A stretch of 63,999 nucleotides of DNA, the filler included, from Catajapyx aquilonaris (taxonomy: Eukaryota): the NCBI GenBank assembly GCA_000934665.2. It is 3 parts of 3 records of this genome, joined end to end, with 100 filler letters (N's around TTAATTAATTAA, not from the genome) between each part and the next. Parts side by side here need not be neighbours in the genome. Positions count along the whole stretch, not along the records: positions 21,568 to 43,028 come from KZ539466.1; positions 43,129 to 63,999 come from KZ539489.1; 1 more part is not named here. One strand, given 5' to 3'. Shown here piece by piece: positions 36,387 to 48,524 of the stretch. The position numbers were made by a program, and so were the translations under genes. Position 1 is the first letter of the stretch, and every line of letters starts with the position of its first letter. A model generated the notes under the pieces. That model was given only the letters and a program-made list of their open reading frames with translations, was not told the DNA's origin and ran no database searches.

Positions 36387-38153
36387 ATCATGCTGCAAGC
36401 TGCCTGGGAGAAAAAGCTGCTAATTAGCTGCTTTTCTTTCATTAGGTATCATAATTAAGAATTACGCAAATATACAGTGCGGTATTAAAAGGGAGTTAGG
36501 GAAAGTATTTACGATATGTATTTAAATACTGCCCATCTCTGCGTAATCGGTTATGTTAGAACGGCCAGTGTAAACTCACTGATACCGTCTGATACACTTA
36601 TTGAAAAACAGGTTTTAAAAAATGTCAATTGTACTTGTCATTTTCTCCTACCCTAGTATAGAAGGTGTGACATAATTTGAAGGGCTCGGGAGTAAACAAT
36701 AGTAACGGATATGTAAAACCCATACCCTTACCAGTGTTTACTCCCGAGCCCTTCATTTATCAAAGTCACAGTCAGCTGACACTTATTTAAAATTAGGTCT
36801 CTACTATGCTACACCTGCAGAATACACTCTCTCCTCATACAATATACAAGTCGAATGTGTTTTTGGAATATCTGTTTACACACTGTCATGCAGAAGTAAT
36901 TCAGCCACGAGTCACTTGCAACAAACACATCTTACCATCTCTTTGACGATCACTTGCATTACTCTGACGATCACTTGGATATCTTTGATGGCCACGTGCA
37001 TCTCTCTGACGATCATGCCCATCTCTTGGCCAAGCCCATTGACCCATTGCTGCATAACGATGTAGCTGATAGGATTCTCGCAAGTATTCATCCTCCCGTT
37101 CCTGTCAAGGGAATGAAACACTTGCATTGGATTCCACATTCATATATAGTACTGATACATGCAATGTAGAGTGAAGACCACAAAGCTGTAGACTGTAGAG
37201 TATTCCTATGCAATGCAATAGACAAGGTATATTGGGTCAACTATCTGGCCCAATGAAAATGAAGGGCTGAAATGCAGAACACTTGGCCAAAGCTGCAGGT
37301 CAATGACCTTCTTGGTGATCTCTGTTTGGATGGGTACTCTACATTATATAGCAAACCAAACCCATTCTGGTACCAGCTCGCTTTTCTCAGTGATGTGAAC
37401 GTGGGGTCACTGCTCCAATTCGGTGTAATTCTAAAATGGATCAAAACGAAGGCTCCTACCTCTAGGAGGTCTAACGCACAATCCCTCAGGGTTGTTCTCA
37501 GAGCTAAGAGGGGCTCTCCCATGTCCTCACTGGTCTCATCTAGTGGTCCGGGCCACAGGCTATGGTTCGTCAGCTCAGTGTTATTGAATAGGGATATATA
37601 CCTCGAGTTACTTATTGCGTATCCCTCCATCTCTATTCGAACCTGACTAAACCTCTTCGTGACGCCACTGCACTTTGAACTAGAGATGATATATCGTATC
37701 GGTATACTGTATATATCGATATTGTAAAGCGCCGATACGATAAATATCCTAACTTTTGTGAGCCGATTTATCGCTCTATATCGATACTTCAATTTTTCGT
37801 TATTTTTCGCACTTAGTCATTAAATATTTAGGTTTTAAGGTGGAAATGAAGCGACTTGCTAATCAAATGAGAGTCTAGAATTGGAATGTTAATAAGAAGG
37901 GCTAAAATCAGGGAAACATATGCAGCCGATCTGCAGCCGATGCAGCAGTAATTAAATGCTGTTCAATCCTATGCATTCCTTTCGAATCTGCGTTTTAAAC
38001 TCGATTTAATATGGGCCTATTACCGGCTGGATGTTTTTGTGCGTAGGCGCAATTTTCACGACTGCCAACTGTAACAGGCGAGTTGGAGACATATTCGAAA
38101 TTTTTTTATTTTGGGATAGAAAACCATTTTATTGTGTTGCAATTACCTTATCA

Positions 38154-38433
38154 GAGGGCAACACGGGTGGCCGACTGGTTAGCGCCGCAGCCTTCCACCT
38201 CTAAGGTCCCGAGTTCGATCCCCGGGTCGGACGGAGGATACTTATGTGGATAGAGTTTCGATGGGTTCTCTCCGTGTTCGCGTGGGTTTTCTCGGGGTTC
38301 TCCCGTTTCCTCCCACTATCAAAATCCATCACATTACAGGCAAATGATTAAAGTCGGTTATTCAAAAGATGATCCCCTAAGGGGCCTATCACGGGGTATC
38401 CATTATTAAAAATAAAAAAATTCAAAAATAAAA
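38154..38433 (+). mobile_element. tRNA-derived SINE, family B (V-domain-like core), copy 1
   Basis: Head TGGCCGACTGG/GAGTTCGATCCC; core GTGGGTTTTCTCGGGGTTCTCCCGTTTCCTCCCAC; TSD AATTACCTTATCA. Confidence 0.9.
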
Positions 38434-38830
38434 AATTACCTTATCATAGCATGTACCCGAGGGGTTACCCACGCTCCTAAAAAGTGTACACCATGATTAC
38501 CTAACCCATGATTACCTGGATTACCAAGATTACCTTAGGATTAGGCCTACCTAAGATTACTTAGGATTTCTGAAGATTCCCCAAGTACAGTAGCACTACT
38601 GTACAGTACAGTGGGAATCTTCAGAAATCCTAGGTAATCTTAGGTAAACATTAGGTAATCTAAAGTTACACCCCAAAAAAGTGGTCAAAATTATATTAAC
38701 TCTTTGTTTTTTGGGTGTAACTTTTTCAAAGTAATACAATTGATCTGAAATTTGAGCATTGACTAACATTTAAAGAGAATATGGAAGTATTGAAGAATAT
38801 CAGATCTGTAGAGAAATATTGACAAGATTT

Positions 38831-39112
38831 AAGGGCGACACGGTGGCTGAGTGGTTAGCGCCGCAGCCTTCCACGTTCCACCTCTAAGGTCCCGAGTTCG
38901 ATCCCCGGGTCGGACGGAGGATACTTATGTGGATAGAGTTTCGATGGGTTCTCTCCGTGTTCGTGTGGGTTTTCTCAGGGTTCTCCCGTTTCCTCCCACT
39001 ATCAAAATCCATCACATTACAGGCAAATTATTAAAGTCGGTTATTCAAAAGATGATACCCTAAGAGGCCCAAGGGGCCTATCACGGGGTATCCGTTATTA
39101 TTACGTATTACT
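38831..39112 (+). mobile_element. SINE family B, copy 2
   Basis: Near-identical to copy 1; TSD ATATTGACAAGATTT. Confidence 0.9.
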
Positions 39113-39129
39113 ATATTGACAAGATTTTT

Positions 39130-40700
39130 GTATGACTTTTCATGCATGTCAAAATCCAACATACTATTCAAACAACCATAACAATTAGAATAGTCAACCA
39201 AATACTACAGATAATTATTACAAGCTAATCACTCGCTTCTATATGGTAGTAGCCTACTTGGTCGAGTAACCCTGCTTGGAGTCGATCACGTCTTGACATC
39301 TGCGAGGCATCGAGGCGACCAACTTGTCCAACAAAATTGTGGGATCTTCTTCCACTGTTACCTCCAGTTGCTTGAACTTATTGGTGGTACTGGATGCTCT
39401 CTTATTCTTCAGATGACGTCCCAGATGCTCCCATAAGTGCTCGAAAGGATTGAGGCCCGGAGATTGGCCTGACCAGCTGGTGCAGCCAGGTACGGATGAG
39501 CCTGTACAGTATAGAGGAGTGCCTTTGATTTGCTATTATTATAATTTCTGTTGTTGATAGAAATGTGATCAAAGTAAATATTCCATTAAAAATTTAAGTT
39601 CAAAAAAACACCAATGTCTCGCTAACAAAGAAATATAACATGCTTTCTATAGAAAAAAAATACAAAAAATATGGTTTTAGTTATTTTATTTTTTAGTTAT
39701 ATTATTTTGATTAAACCTGAGTTAAATCAGCATACACTATCATACAATAGTACATGAAAACCTGCGAATAGCTCATTTTTACAGTATCTATGACCATTTT
39801 CTGATTATTCGTGGTTTCCTATTATTATCCGGAGACACCTGTGCATCATTAGCCCTGATAATCGGGATTACAGTGCATTTCATTTTTGTTGGGTTGTTTC
39901 TTTTCATGTCCGAGGTGTCGAGCGAATAAGCAATACAGAAGTTGTTTAAAATATTGTATTTTTGGGTCTGTTTATTCTTTGAACCTTTTCTCCTAGTTAA
40001 CCCTTACAATCATGAACACATTAATTTTGTAGCCTGTAATGGATATGGGCATCCATCAGTGCCACATGAATACCCATATTCACATGATAATAATAATAAT
40101 GTTAGTGTGAGATTCTGGCAGTTACACCCTTAATGAGGAAATGGTCTCCTGGCACTTAGGATGGGGCTGCTTCAGCTCTTGTGTAGTAGGTCCCCTGCAC
40201 CAGATTGATGGAATCATGACCAAGGAGGTGTACAGAGATATCCTCCAAGATGTCATGTGGCCGAATGCAGGGTGTGTGTTTGGCCATCCTCTCCTGACCT
40301 GCACAACGACCCTGAGCTCATCCATACCTGGCTGCACCAGAAGAAGGTTGCCGTAATGGACTGGTAAAGCCAATTTCTGGACTTCAATTCTTTGGAGCAC
40401 TTATCGGAGCATCTTTGTTGGGTCATCATCTGAAGAACAAGAGAGCATCCAGTACCATCAATTAAGTTCAAGCAACTGGAAGTAGAGTGGAAGAAGATCC
40501 TGCAATCTGTGTTGGACAGGTAGGTCGTCTTGATGCCACGCAGATGTCAAGCCGTCATCGACTCCAAGGGTTACCAGACCAAGTCCTAGATGCGAGTGAT
40601 TATAGCTTGTCATGATCTGTAGTACAGTATTTAGTTGACTTTTCAGATTGTTATGGTTGTTTGAATAGTTTGTTGATTTTTGACATGCATGAAAAAACAT
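39130..40700. mobile_element. Tc1-like element with two inverted transposase 3' ends
   Basis: Minus 39230-39500: SPGLNPFEHLWEHL...MPRRCQDVIDSK. Plus 40140-40590: WGCFS...GPLHQIDGIM...MPRRCQAVIDSKGY. Flanks are inverted copies of CATGCATGTCAAAA. Confidence 0.75.
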
Positions 40701-40798
40701 ACAGAAATCGTGTTTATACAAGGTGTAAATTAAATAAGTGCACATTTTTTGAAGAATTATAGAGGGACTTGAAAGAAACATTTTTGCCAACACACTTG

Positions 40799-41223
40799 GT
40801 GCCACAGACGCATCATTAAGTCAGAAAACAGCTGTTGTCATGTGTCATACGAACACGTCATACCCTTAGTAACCATTGGAGTATCATGGTAACCACGGTT
40901 ACTGATATTTAGACTTGTTTGTGTGACACATCGCAAAACAGTCAACTATTGTAGCAATATGGTTTACCAAGGGCGACACGGTGGCCGAGTGGTTAGCGCC
41001 GCAGCCTTCCACCTCTAAGGTCCCGAGTTCGATCCCCGGGTCGGACGGAGGATACTTATGTGGATAGAGTTTCGATGGGTTCTCTCCGTGTTCGCGTGGG
41101 TTTTCTCGGGGTTCTCCCGTTTCCTCCCACTATCAAAATCCATCACATTACAGGCAAATGATTAAAGTCGGGTATTCAAAAGATGATCCCCTAAGAGGCC
41201 CAAGGGGCCTATCACGGGGTATC

Positions 41224-41290
<67 letters not shown>

Positions 41291-41394
41291 ATGGTTTACC
41301 ATGTTATTACTATGGTTACTAAGGGCAGTATGACGTGTTTGTATGATGCGTGACAAACCTTTGCTTTCTGACTTAACGACGCGTGTGCGGCACT
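40799..41394. mobile_element. MITE with inverted arms, interrupted by SINE B copy 3
   Basis: GTGCCACAGACGCATCATTAAGTCAGAAA ... TTTCTGACTTAACGACGCGTGTGCGGCAC. Confidence 0.65.
40970..41287 (+). mobile_element. SINE family B, copy 3, with long (ATT)n tail
   Basis: Near-identical to the other B copies; perfect TSD AATATGGTTTACCA. Confidence 0.92.
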
Positions 41395-41399
41395 AACAA

Positions 41400-42491
41400 G
41401 GGGGGGCATAAAGTGGGCTCTGTCAGATTTGCATGAAACTTGCACAGTAGGTGTATCACAGGCCTACAATTTCACTGGTATGGTCCATTTTCTGCTATAC
41501 GGCCAGCCGTTGTCGATCTATGAGGGACAATAAATCCGCATGGGTGAGTTCAGGAGAGTAAGGTAAGTGAACGGAAAGAGCTAGGCAAGCTAGGAAAGCA
41601 GGCTGTCAGTTTCCAGGGGCACCCGGCTAGTACACAGCAAGGTACCCAACAGCACAATGCGCCAGGGATGGTTCGAATCACGTTAGAATCATCTTCAGTT
41701 GTTGTTCCATTGGCAAGCTGCTTTGCAAGTATAAGGCCTGGTTTAATTTTTGACTTGTTTTCCTCCAATCGCTGATTTGTGTTTCACAGTGGATGAGAGC
41801 CCCCACCCTTTCCAATGTGTAAGTTTCAAAAATATTGCTTCCGTTCTGATGGAGCAATGCAAAATGCTGATTATTTTCAAAGGGCGAGTGGGTGAAAGTG
41901 TATGCTGGTTTCCCGAAATTGCTAGTCTTGGCTTGCTTCTCTCAATTTCGGGAAGGTTTCGAGTGGTTTCTGGCAGATGGTTTCGGATGATGTCTGCACG
42001 AAAGTGTGCAGCAGAGTCTCGAAGCAGCTACCCCCTCGTCTGTTTTGTTCCTGATTTGTCTTGAAAGTTGGGGTTATTGCGTCATGTCGATAAGAGGCGT
42101 GCAACGTGGGTCCCATAAATGAAGGGAACCGTGCATTGGCATTATGGGTACAGGGTAAAGGTAATGCGGGACGGAAAAAAGCAAACAAAAAATTAACCAA
42201 TAATTGGTCCTGAAGATGATTCGAACACTCTCTGGAGCATTGCGCTGTTGGTTACCTTGTTGTTTACTAGCCGGGTGCCCCTGGAAACTGACAGCCCGCT
42301 TTCCTAGCTCTTTCCGTTCACTTACCTTACTCTCCTGAACGCACCCATGCGCATCTATTGTCCCTTATAGATCGAAAACGGCTGGCCGTAGCAGAGAATG
42401 GCCCATACCAGTGAAATTGTAGGCCTGTGATACACCTACTGTGCAAGTTTGATGCAAATCTGACAGAGCCCTCTTCATGCCCCCCCCCCCC
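41400..42491. mobile_element. Non-autonomous element with ~290-bp inverted arms
   Basis: GGGGGGCAT...GGGCTCTGTCAGATTTGCAT... mirrored at 42200-42491. Confidence 0.75.
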
Positions 42492-43028
42492 TCCCTGTAA
42501 GTGCGTTGCCAAAAAATGTTTCTTTTGAGTCGCTCTATAATGTTTCAACAAATGCGCACTTATTTCATTTACACCTACCCAATTTACTGCAGAGCTGCCA
42601 ACCCTACCCCCCAAAAAATTAGGTAATGACATAATGAGGGGGATTGGCCATCTGAGAGGGAGATTTTCATATCAAGTCAAAATCAAATTATAGGAATGGT
42701 TCAGGCACATTTACTTACCAGTATGTACCTTGTTATAGTTAACAGTAGCTTTTTTTGGGTGTACGAAGAACTTCCTTAGGGGGTTTAAATGTGGCTGAAT
42801 TTAAGTTTTCCATTATAGTTAATGATAGGCTACCTCGATATTCGGTCTTGTTTTTTCTAATCATACTGAACACACGTTCCTCAGCAGCATTAGAGTGAGG
42901 TCAGCCCCATGACACTCCGCGAATAGGGTAGTGTCGTATATGTGATCCAGGGTGGTCACAGATCCGGGCAGGAACGTAGGGGGAGGGAGCAAGCAAATCA
43001 ACGTCTGTACACATCGCTGGCTTTCACT

Positions 43029-43128
43029 NNNNNNNNNNNNNNNNNNNNNNNNNNNNNNNNNNNNNNNNNNNNTTAATTAATTAANNNNNNNNNNNNNNNN
43101 NNNNNNNNNNNNNNNNNNNNNNNNNNNN
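43029..43128. other. Artificial contig-join linker
   Basis: N-run + TTAATTAATTAA + N-run. Confidence 0.85.
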
Positions 43129-43900
43129 GAATCGGTCTTGTTGCAGTGCGACCATATGAAAGAGGCCCACACAACCATCAATTTGGCCGACGTGATTCTC
43201 CTAATCATCCAGAAGTGGGGGTTGGGAGAAAGGGTGTGACTGGCAGTATCTGACAATGCGGCAAACATTGTCGAGGCCATACAATTACTTAGGTGGAACC
43301 ACTTTGGGTGTTTTGCCCACACCCTGAATCTCTGATCGTGAAAAAAGCACTGGACGAAGCACAGCCCATTCTTCAAAAAGTGAGTGAAATTGTCACATAC
43401 TTCAAAAAGAGCCCCAAAGCTCTTGAAAAGTTGAAGGAGTCGCAAATGACACATGGGATCAAGCAGCCTCTGACAGTGATCAAAGACGTCCAGACACGGT
43501 GGAACAGTACCTATTACATTCATAAAGCTCGAGACCCACATTCGTACCACGGCGGTACTCCTGAATCCAACTCTGCCAGTGTTTGTGCAGGTAAGGCATG
43601 ATAATAATTTTTATAATAACAATATGCATTCTCTCCAACTTGTGCACTACATATTTTTATCACCCATTCCGTGAACTTATACAATAATAGTTATGCTTAT
43701 ACGAAATAAATCTTCGCTGTTATAAATTCGCATAGCCTGTGGCTATGTATAAGTCGAGTTAGCTTTCAGAGATTCAGAGTTTGGCGGTATCGTAATGTGA
43801 AGCAAAATCCAGCTTTAACTTACGCCACATTTTTGGATCCCCGCTTTAAGAGCAACTTCTTTGACACCATGATACGAAGAGACGTCAAGAAGGGAATCGA
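43129..43900 (+). pseudogene. hAT (Ac/ZBED1-like) transposase fragment
   Basis: AVSDNAANI...CFAHTLNL, YFKKSPKA, DVQTRWNSTYY and ATFLDPRFK, with stops and frameshifts. Confidence 0.85.
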
Positions 43901-44894
43901 GTTTCTCTTGATAAGAATTATGAAAAAAAGAAGCCGAGATGCAGGGAAACCCATCTACTTCGGCCGGCAATGATACTGACCAGCATCTTCAGGTTCAGCA
44001 AGCCGAGAGAAAATTTTCGCTTGCGGAAAGGATTGCCCAAAAGGTTTCCCATCTTCAACCGGCCAGCAACAGCCTCGAGGCAAGAGCTACGGTACAGCTT
44101 CGAAAGTGAGTTATACTAAAGTCTTGACACTCTATATGTGACTCATCTACAATCTCCACTAATATGATAAATTAGACATGACATTTTTGTAACCTATTTG
44201 TCATTGCACTATAATCATAAATTATTTTTCTTTGGCATAGAGATCTTCTGGCTGTAACTGGGAATAAATAACTTCAGAAGTCTTCCTTATAGCTTCCGTG
44301 TTCCATCCATTGGTTTTAACTATAATAACCCTCCAACACCAGATCTTCATGCTCCTTTCTCGTTTTCATGACGTTTATTATTTTTTAATTCAGTGACAGC
44401 CAAGCCCTGCGCAAAAATTGGGAAGTGGAGAACGATCCGAAGCAGGCTCCTGGACCACTCACAAGGTACATTTTCCCAAAACAACAAGCCATCTTCAATG
44501 ATGACTATGAGTTTCAAACCCTGGACCTGGTCTTCGAGGAATGCTCAGCCACTTACCAGGAGCTATCCTCCCACCTCAACTTTGTGATCAACCGCGGGCC
44601 GAGAGGGTCTCTTTTGGGGCAATGTAGCTCACTACAAGAGGCAACTGTGGCTGGCCAACCGTGCCGATGACCTCCATCAACTCTTCTAGTTATGTATAAT
44701 TCCTAATGGGGATAATATGAGAGGAATATTGCGAATGGTGAATATCTGTCCTTAGAGAGTCGTTGATTTTCCATCGAATTTGTTGTCCTAAAATGAATTT
44801 GAGGAACACTCCCCCTTATAAGTTTAAATCTTTTGCTTAAGCAATCGTATGCCTTTGTCTTTTCTAATCCTTTCACCTACTGTACATGTATACC

Positions 44895-44990
44895 CTCCTG
44901 AGACCGAAGTTCGGTGGTTGTCGCGAGGAAAGGTTCTGACGCGTCTCTTTGAATTGTGGGAGGAAGTCAAAACCTACCTGTTCAAGAATG
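44895..44990 (+). pseudogene. hAT Buster/Charlie-type transposase fragment
   Basis: [22 protein letters not shown] signature. Confidence 0.8.
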
Positions 44991-45009
44991 AAGAAAAAGT
45001 GTTGCACTT

Positions 45010-46143
45010 ATCAGATCCAGTTTTGTTAATCCTTGACAACCATGGATCTCACTTGTCTTTAGAAGCTGTTTTATTTTGTCGAAAACGTGGCATTCACATG
45101 TTGTCCATTCCCCCCCCCCNCCCCCCCCCCCACAGCAGCCACAAACTTCATCCACTAGATCGCGGCTTTTTTATAGACTCAAGACGTACTATGCAGAAGG
45201 CTGCAACAACTGTCTCATATGCCACCCAGGAAGGGTCATCACGCAGTACCAAATCGCAGAAATATTCGGCACTGCCTATTGTAGATGTGCTTCAGTAGAA
45301 AAGGCTGTCAAATGGTTTTAAGGTGTGTGGGATTTTGCCTGTTGATCCTGGAGTGTTTACCGACGAGGACTACGCCCCATGTGCGGTGACAGATGTGCAA
45401 ATCGGTGAATCGCCTTCATCTACTGGAAATGCAGTGCCATCTACTTCTGGCACCCGGCACCCAGCAAAGTCATCTGCAGTGCAATGAGTTACAAGCCAAA
45501 TTTGCAGACAAAAAGGGGAAGGACTCGAAGAAGACACGTCGCACAGAGACCACAAGGTCAGTTAAGCGCCTATGACTCCTCGCTGATGACATGACTCATG
45601 CTAATCCAAAAAAGAATAGAAGTGAAACTGGAATCATCATACTCTGCCAGGGCTGTGAGGAGGAATATACAGATCCTCCCTATGAGGACTGGATTGTGTG
45701 CAAGACATGTGAAACGTGGTGGAATGAAGCGTGCTCCTGTTATGGAGGAACAGGCGATTTTATTTGTGACCATCGCTAAGAGATGTAAGAAAAAAGGGAG
45801 TATTACATGTATTTAGATGAAAATATAATTATTCAGATAACTTGCCATGTATTTTTTAAATGTCAGTGTTCCACACAGTCTGTGTAGTCATTTCAAATCC
45901 TTTGTTACATGAGCACTCTTACCCCACGATAAACGCACTTTTGCCCCAAGTGCGTTTGTGCAGCTTTGTGCAAGAAACTTTATTAACAGAAACCTATTCA
46001 ACATTTAAATCAAATTCCTGGTGTATTTAAAAGGAAAGGGTTTGAGTATTATGTGGCATATATTTTAAGGTTCTAAATAGTTTTATAAACGAGGTACATG
46101 AGCTGAAACACTAAAGTGCGCACTCTTGCCCCACTCTACTCTA
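45010..46143 (+). pseudogene. pogo-family DDE transposase C-terminal half with PHD finger and right TIR
   Basis: [12 protein letters not shown]...PPHSSHKLHPLD; CQGCEEEY...WIVCKTCETWWNEAC...FICD; end TTGCCCCACTCTACTC|TA. Confidence 0.85.
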
Positions 46144-46469
46144 TCACTCGCATTTTACCAACCATGGAGTGAGCACACTGAAGAAAGGTAAGATGTGGCG
46201 AAAAATGAAGGTGCCAAATAAAGGACTGGGTGTAAGGATTTCTGAAGAAGAAAAAGAGTAACATTGACTCATTTCTGACTAAGCATTATGATATTCATGC
46301 ATTTCACCAATCATTGCTTGCATTTTATGGGAACAATATCCACATCTCATTTCAACCAATATCATGATAAAACCTGTGACTTAAGAAATTTAAGAAAATG
46401 CTGCTTCCTGAAAATTTGTTAATCACGAATCTAGCTTGGTTCTGAAAATGACCTCCTTACTTGCCCAGG

Positions 46470-47038
46470 GCCGGAGAAGCTTCAGAATTACCTGCAGGAG
46501 CTACTCAATGACAATGACATCGACAGTGTGGAATTCCATGTGTGGAGCCAGACTGACAAGGCAGCAATGACGAAGAGGGTGTCTTCGAATGATGAATCTG
46601 TGGAAGTGCTCTGTGAGAAGGTACTTGCATTGAAGACACATGGGTACGTCGCTCACAAGCAGTCGGAGTACCTGCAATATCGCAAGGACTCCTTGGTGGA
46701 CGGGGAATTCCTGGTGCTGTGCGATTTTGCGGAAAATTATTCTTTTGCTGTGCAGGATGCGATACACGGGTATAGATGGAACAACGATCACTGCACCATT
46801 TTTACAGTTTTTTTTTTACCATAAGGTAGGAGAGGAGTTGCAGCACGGATCTTTGGTGATCCTTTCAAATGACCTGAAACATGACGCAGCGGCAGTGAAC
46901 GTCTTCCAGGGGCTTATCACCGATCATCTGAAGGTGAATTTCAACCCACAAAGGATCGCATACATCACAGACGGAGCAGTCCAACACTTCAAGAACATAT
47001 TCACCTTCTGTAAGCTGCACCGCCATCTGAGGACTTTG
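46470..47038 (+). pseudogene. Sola-type (Sola2-like) transposase fragment
   Basis: DFAENYSF..QD..HGYRW, SNDLKHD, ITDGAVQHFKN. Subgroup assigned from recalled motifs. Confidence 0.7.
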
Positions 47039-47040
47039 GG

Positions 47041-48520
47041 GCCAGGAGCGAAGGGTAAAGGCGATCTCTCACAAAGTTTGGCGAGTAGCGGGGTCGGACT
47101 GGGGGCTGTCCCCCTCAGCGAGACGTGTCATACTGACGAGGGCGCTGATCCCTATGCTCCTTTACGGCGCCGAGATATGGGGTGACGAGGCGCTTGCTGA
47201 CGGGGCCCGCAAGGCCCTTCGTGCTGTACTGCGGCCGTTCATGGTGGCTACTGCACGGGCGTACAGTACCACCCGCAACTCGCTGCTCTCTGTCCTCGCC
47301 GGCGTGCTCCCCCCGGAGCTGTCGGCGGGCGCAGCCTATGAGCCTATGAGTGCAACCTGCAGCTTCTGGAGCAGGGCGCGGCCTTGGCCCCATGCCGTCT
47401 GGCGGACCTGCCACCCCCGTGGCTACGGTTCCTCTTGGACGTAACAGAGATCCGAAGCTGGGAAGCCGATTCACCCCGGGATGTCGACTGCTTCTTCTTT
47501 ACGGATGGATCGGTGAGCGAGATGGGAGCGGGGGGCGCCGTTGTGCTGACGGACCCCTCAGGGCTTGCACTCCTCACCCGGACATGCTCATTCGCACAGG
47601 GGACGGGCATTTTTGACGCAGAACTGCACATGATCCTGCAGGCGATCGAGTGGGCGATTGACCACCCAGCCCTTCCGGGGCCCGCCGCGCCGTGGGCGTG
47701 GCCTCGGACTCGATGTCAGCCCTGCAAGTCCTGGCAAGCCCGGATTCGCTCGACTCCAGAGTGGTCCGGGTGAGGGCCCGGATGCGCGAGGCCCAGAGCC
47801 TGAGGTTCGTCCTCTGCTGGGTCAAGGCGCACGTCGGCATCCCGGGCAATGAGAAGGCGGACGCTGAGGCGAGGCAGGCGGCCGAGCCGGGCGACGACCG
47901 GCTCCGGCTTCCGATTCCTCGGTCGGAGATCAAAAGAGAGGTGAGGCTGGAGTACGTGATGTACTGGTAGGCCGAATGGGAACTGAGCGGCAGAAGGACC
48001 CACCGCGACATCCTCCCCGACGTGCACACGGGACGGCATTTGCATGGACATGTGGCTCGCCTCGTCTCGGGGCAAGGACCCTATCGGGCCTACCTCTCCG
48101 AGCGCGGGGTGAGAAGGGCGCAATGGAACGCGGCGTGTCCATGTGGCGGGGGGGACCAGACCGCGGGACACATACTATGTTCCTGTTCCATCTTGGAAGT
48201 AGAGGAGGCGCGATACCAACTCAAGGAGAGTGTCAAGACGGCCAAGCTGGGGTGGCCATGCAAGCCTTCTGTCTTGCTCACGACGGCTAGGGCGGCCTTC
48301 AATAGTTTCTGCCTCGCCGTGGACCCGTTCCTCCGGGAAGCCAACAAGGAGCTCTCCGGCGGGGACGTCGGGGTGTCAACCCGGTCGGCTGAGGGGTCCC
48401 GTGTCGGCGGCGGGAGTGGTGAAGAGACGGAATGGTCGGGCATGAGCTCAGACGTGGATGAGCGCTGGGACCCGGGCGACGGGCCCGAAACACGGTCGGC
48501 GCGGCGAAGGTTCCAAGGCT
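47041..48520 (+). mobile_element. GC-rich R1/I-group non-LTR retrotransposon 3' part (RT tail, RNase H, CCHC)
   Basis: WGLSP...LLYGAEIW, ARAYSTT...LAGVLPP, FTDGS...FDAEL...SDSMSAL...WVKAHVGIPGNEKAD, CPCGGGDQTAGHILCSC. Confidence 0.9.
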
Positions 48521-48524
48521 CACT

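Larger units (their letters stand above)
34892..36541. mobile_element. hAT-type MITE with nested mariner MITE and SINE
   Basis: CAGTGATGGGCA ... TGCCCATCTCTG; TAAATAC subterminal repeats; TAATCGG duplicated on both flanks. Confidence 0.7.

Noticed and set aside
37681..37790. Two TATCGATA (DRE) motifs as a promoter for the orphan ORF
   Set aside because: They sit in a TAGAGATG-initiated block of CGATA repeats typical of hAT subterminal sequence; promoter function cannot be supported.
40970..41050. tRNA-like sequences (also near 4.7, 19.7, 28.8, 35.9, 38.2 and 38.8 kb) as tRNA genes
   Set aside because: They continue into shared SINE bodies and tails, most with TSDs; no intact tRNA is evident.
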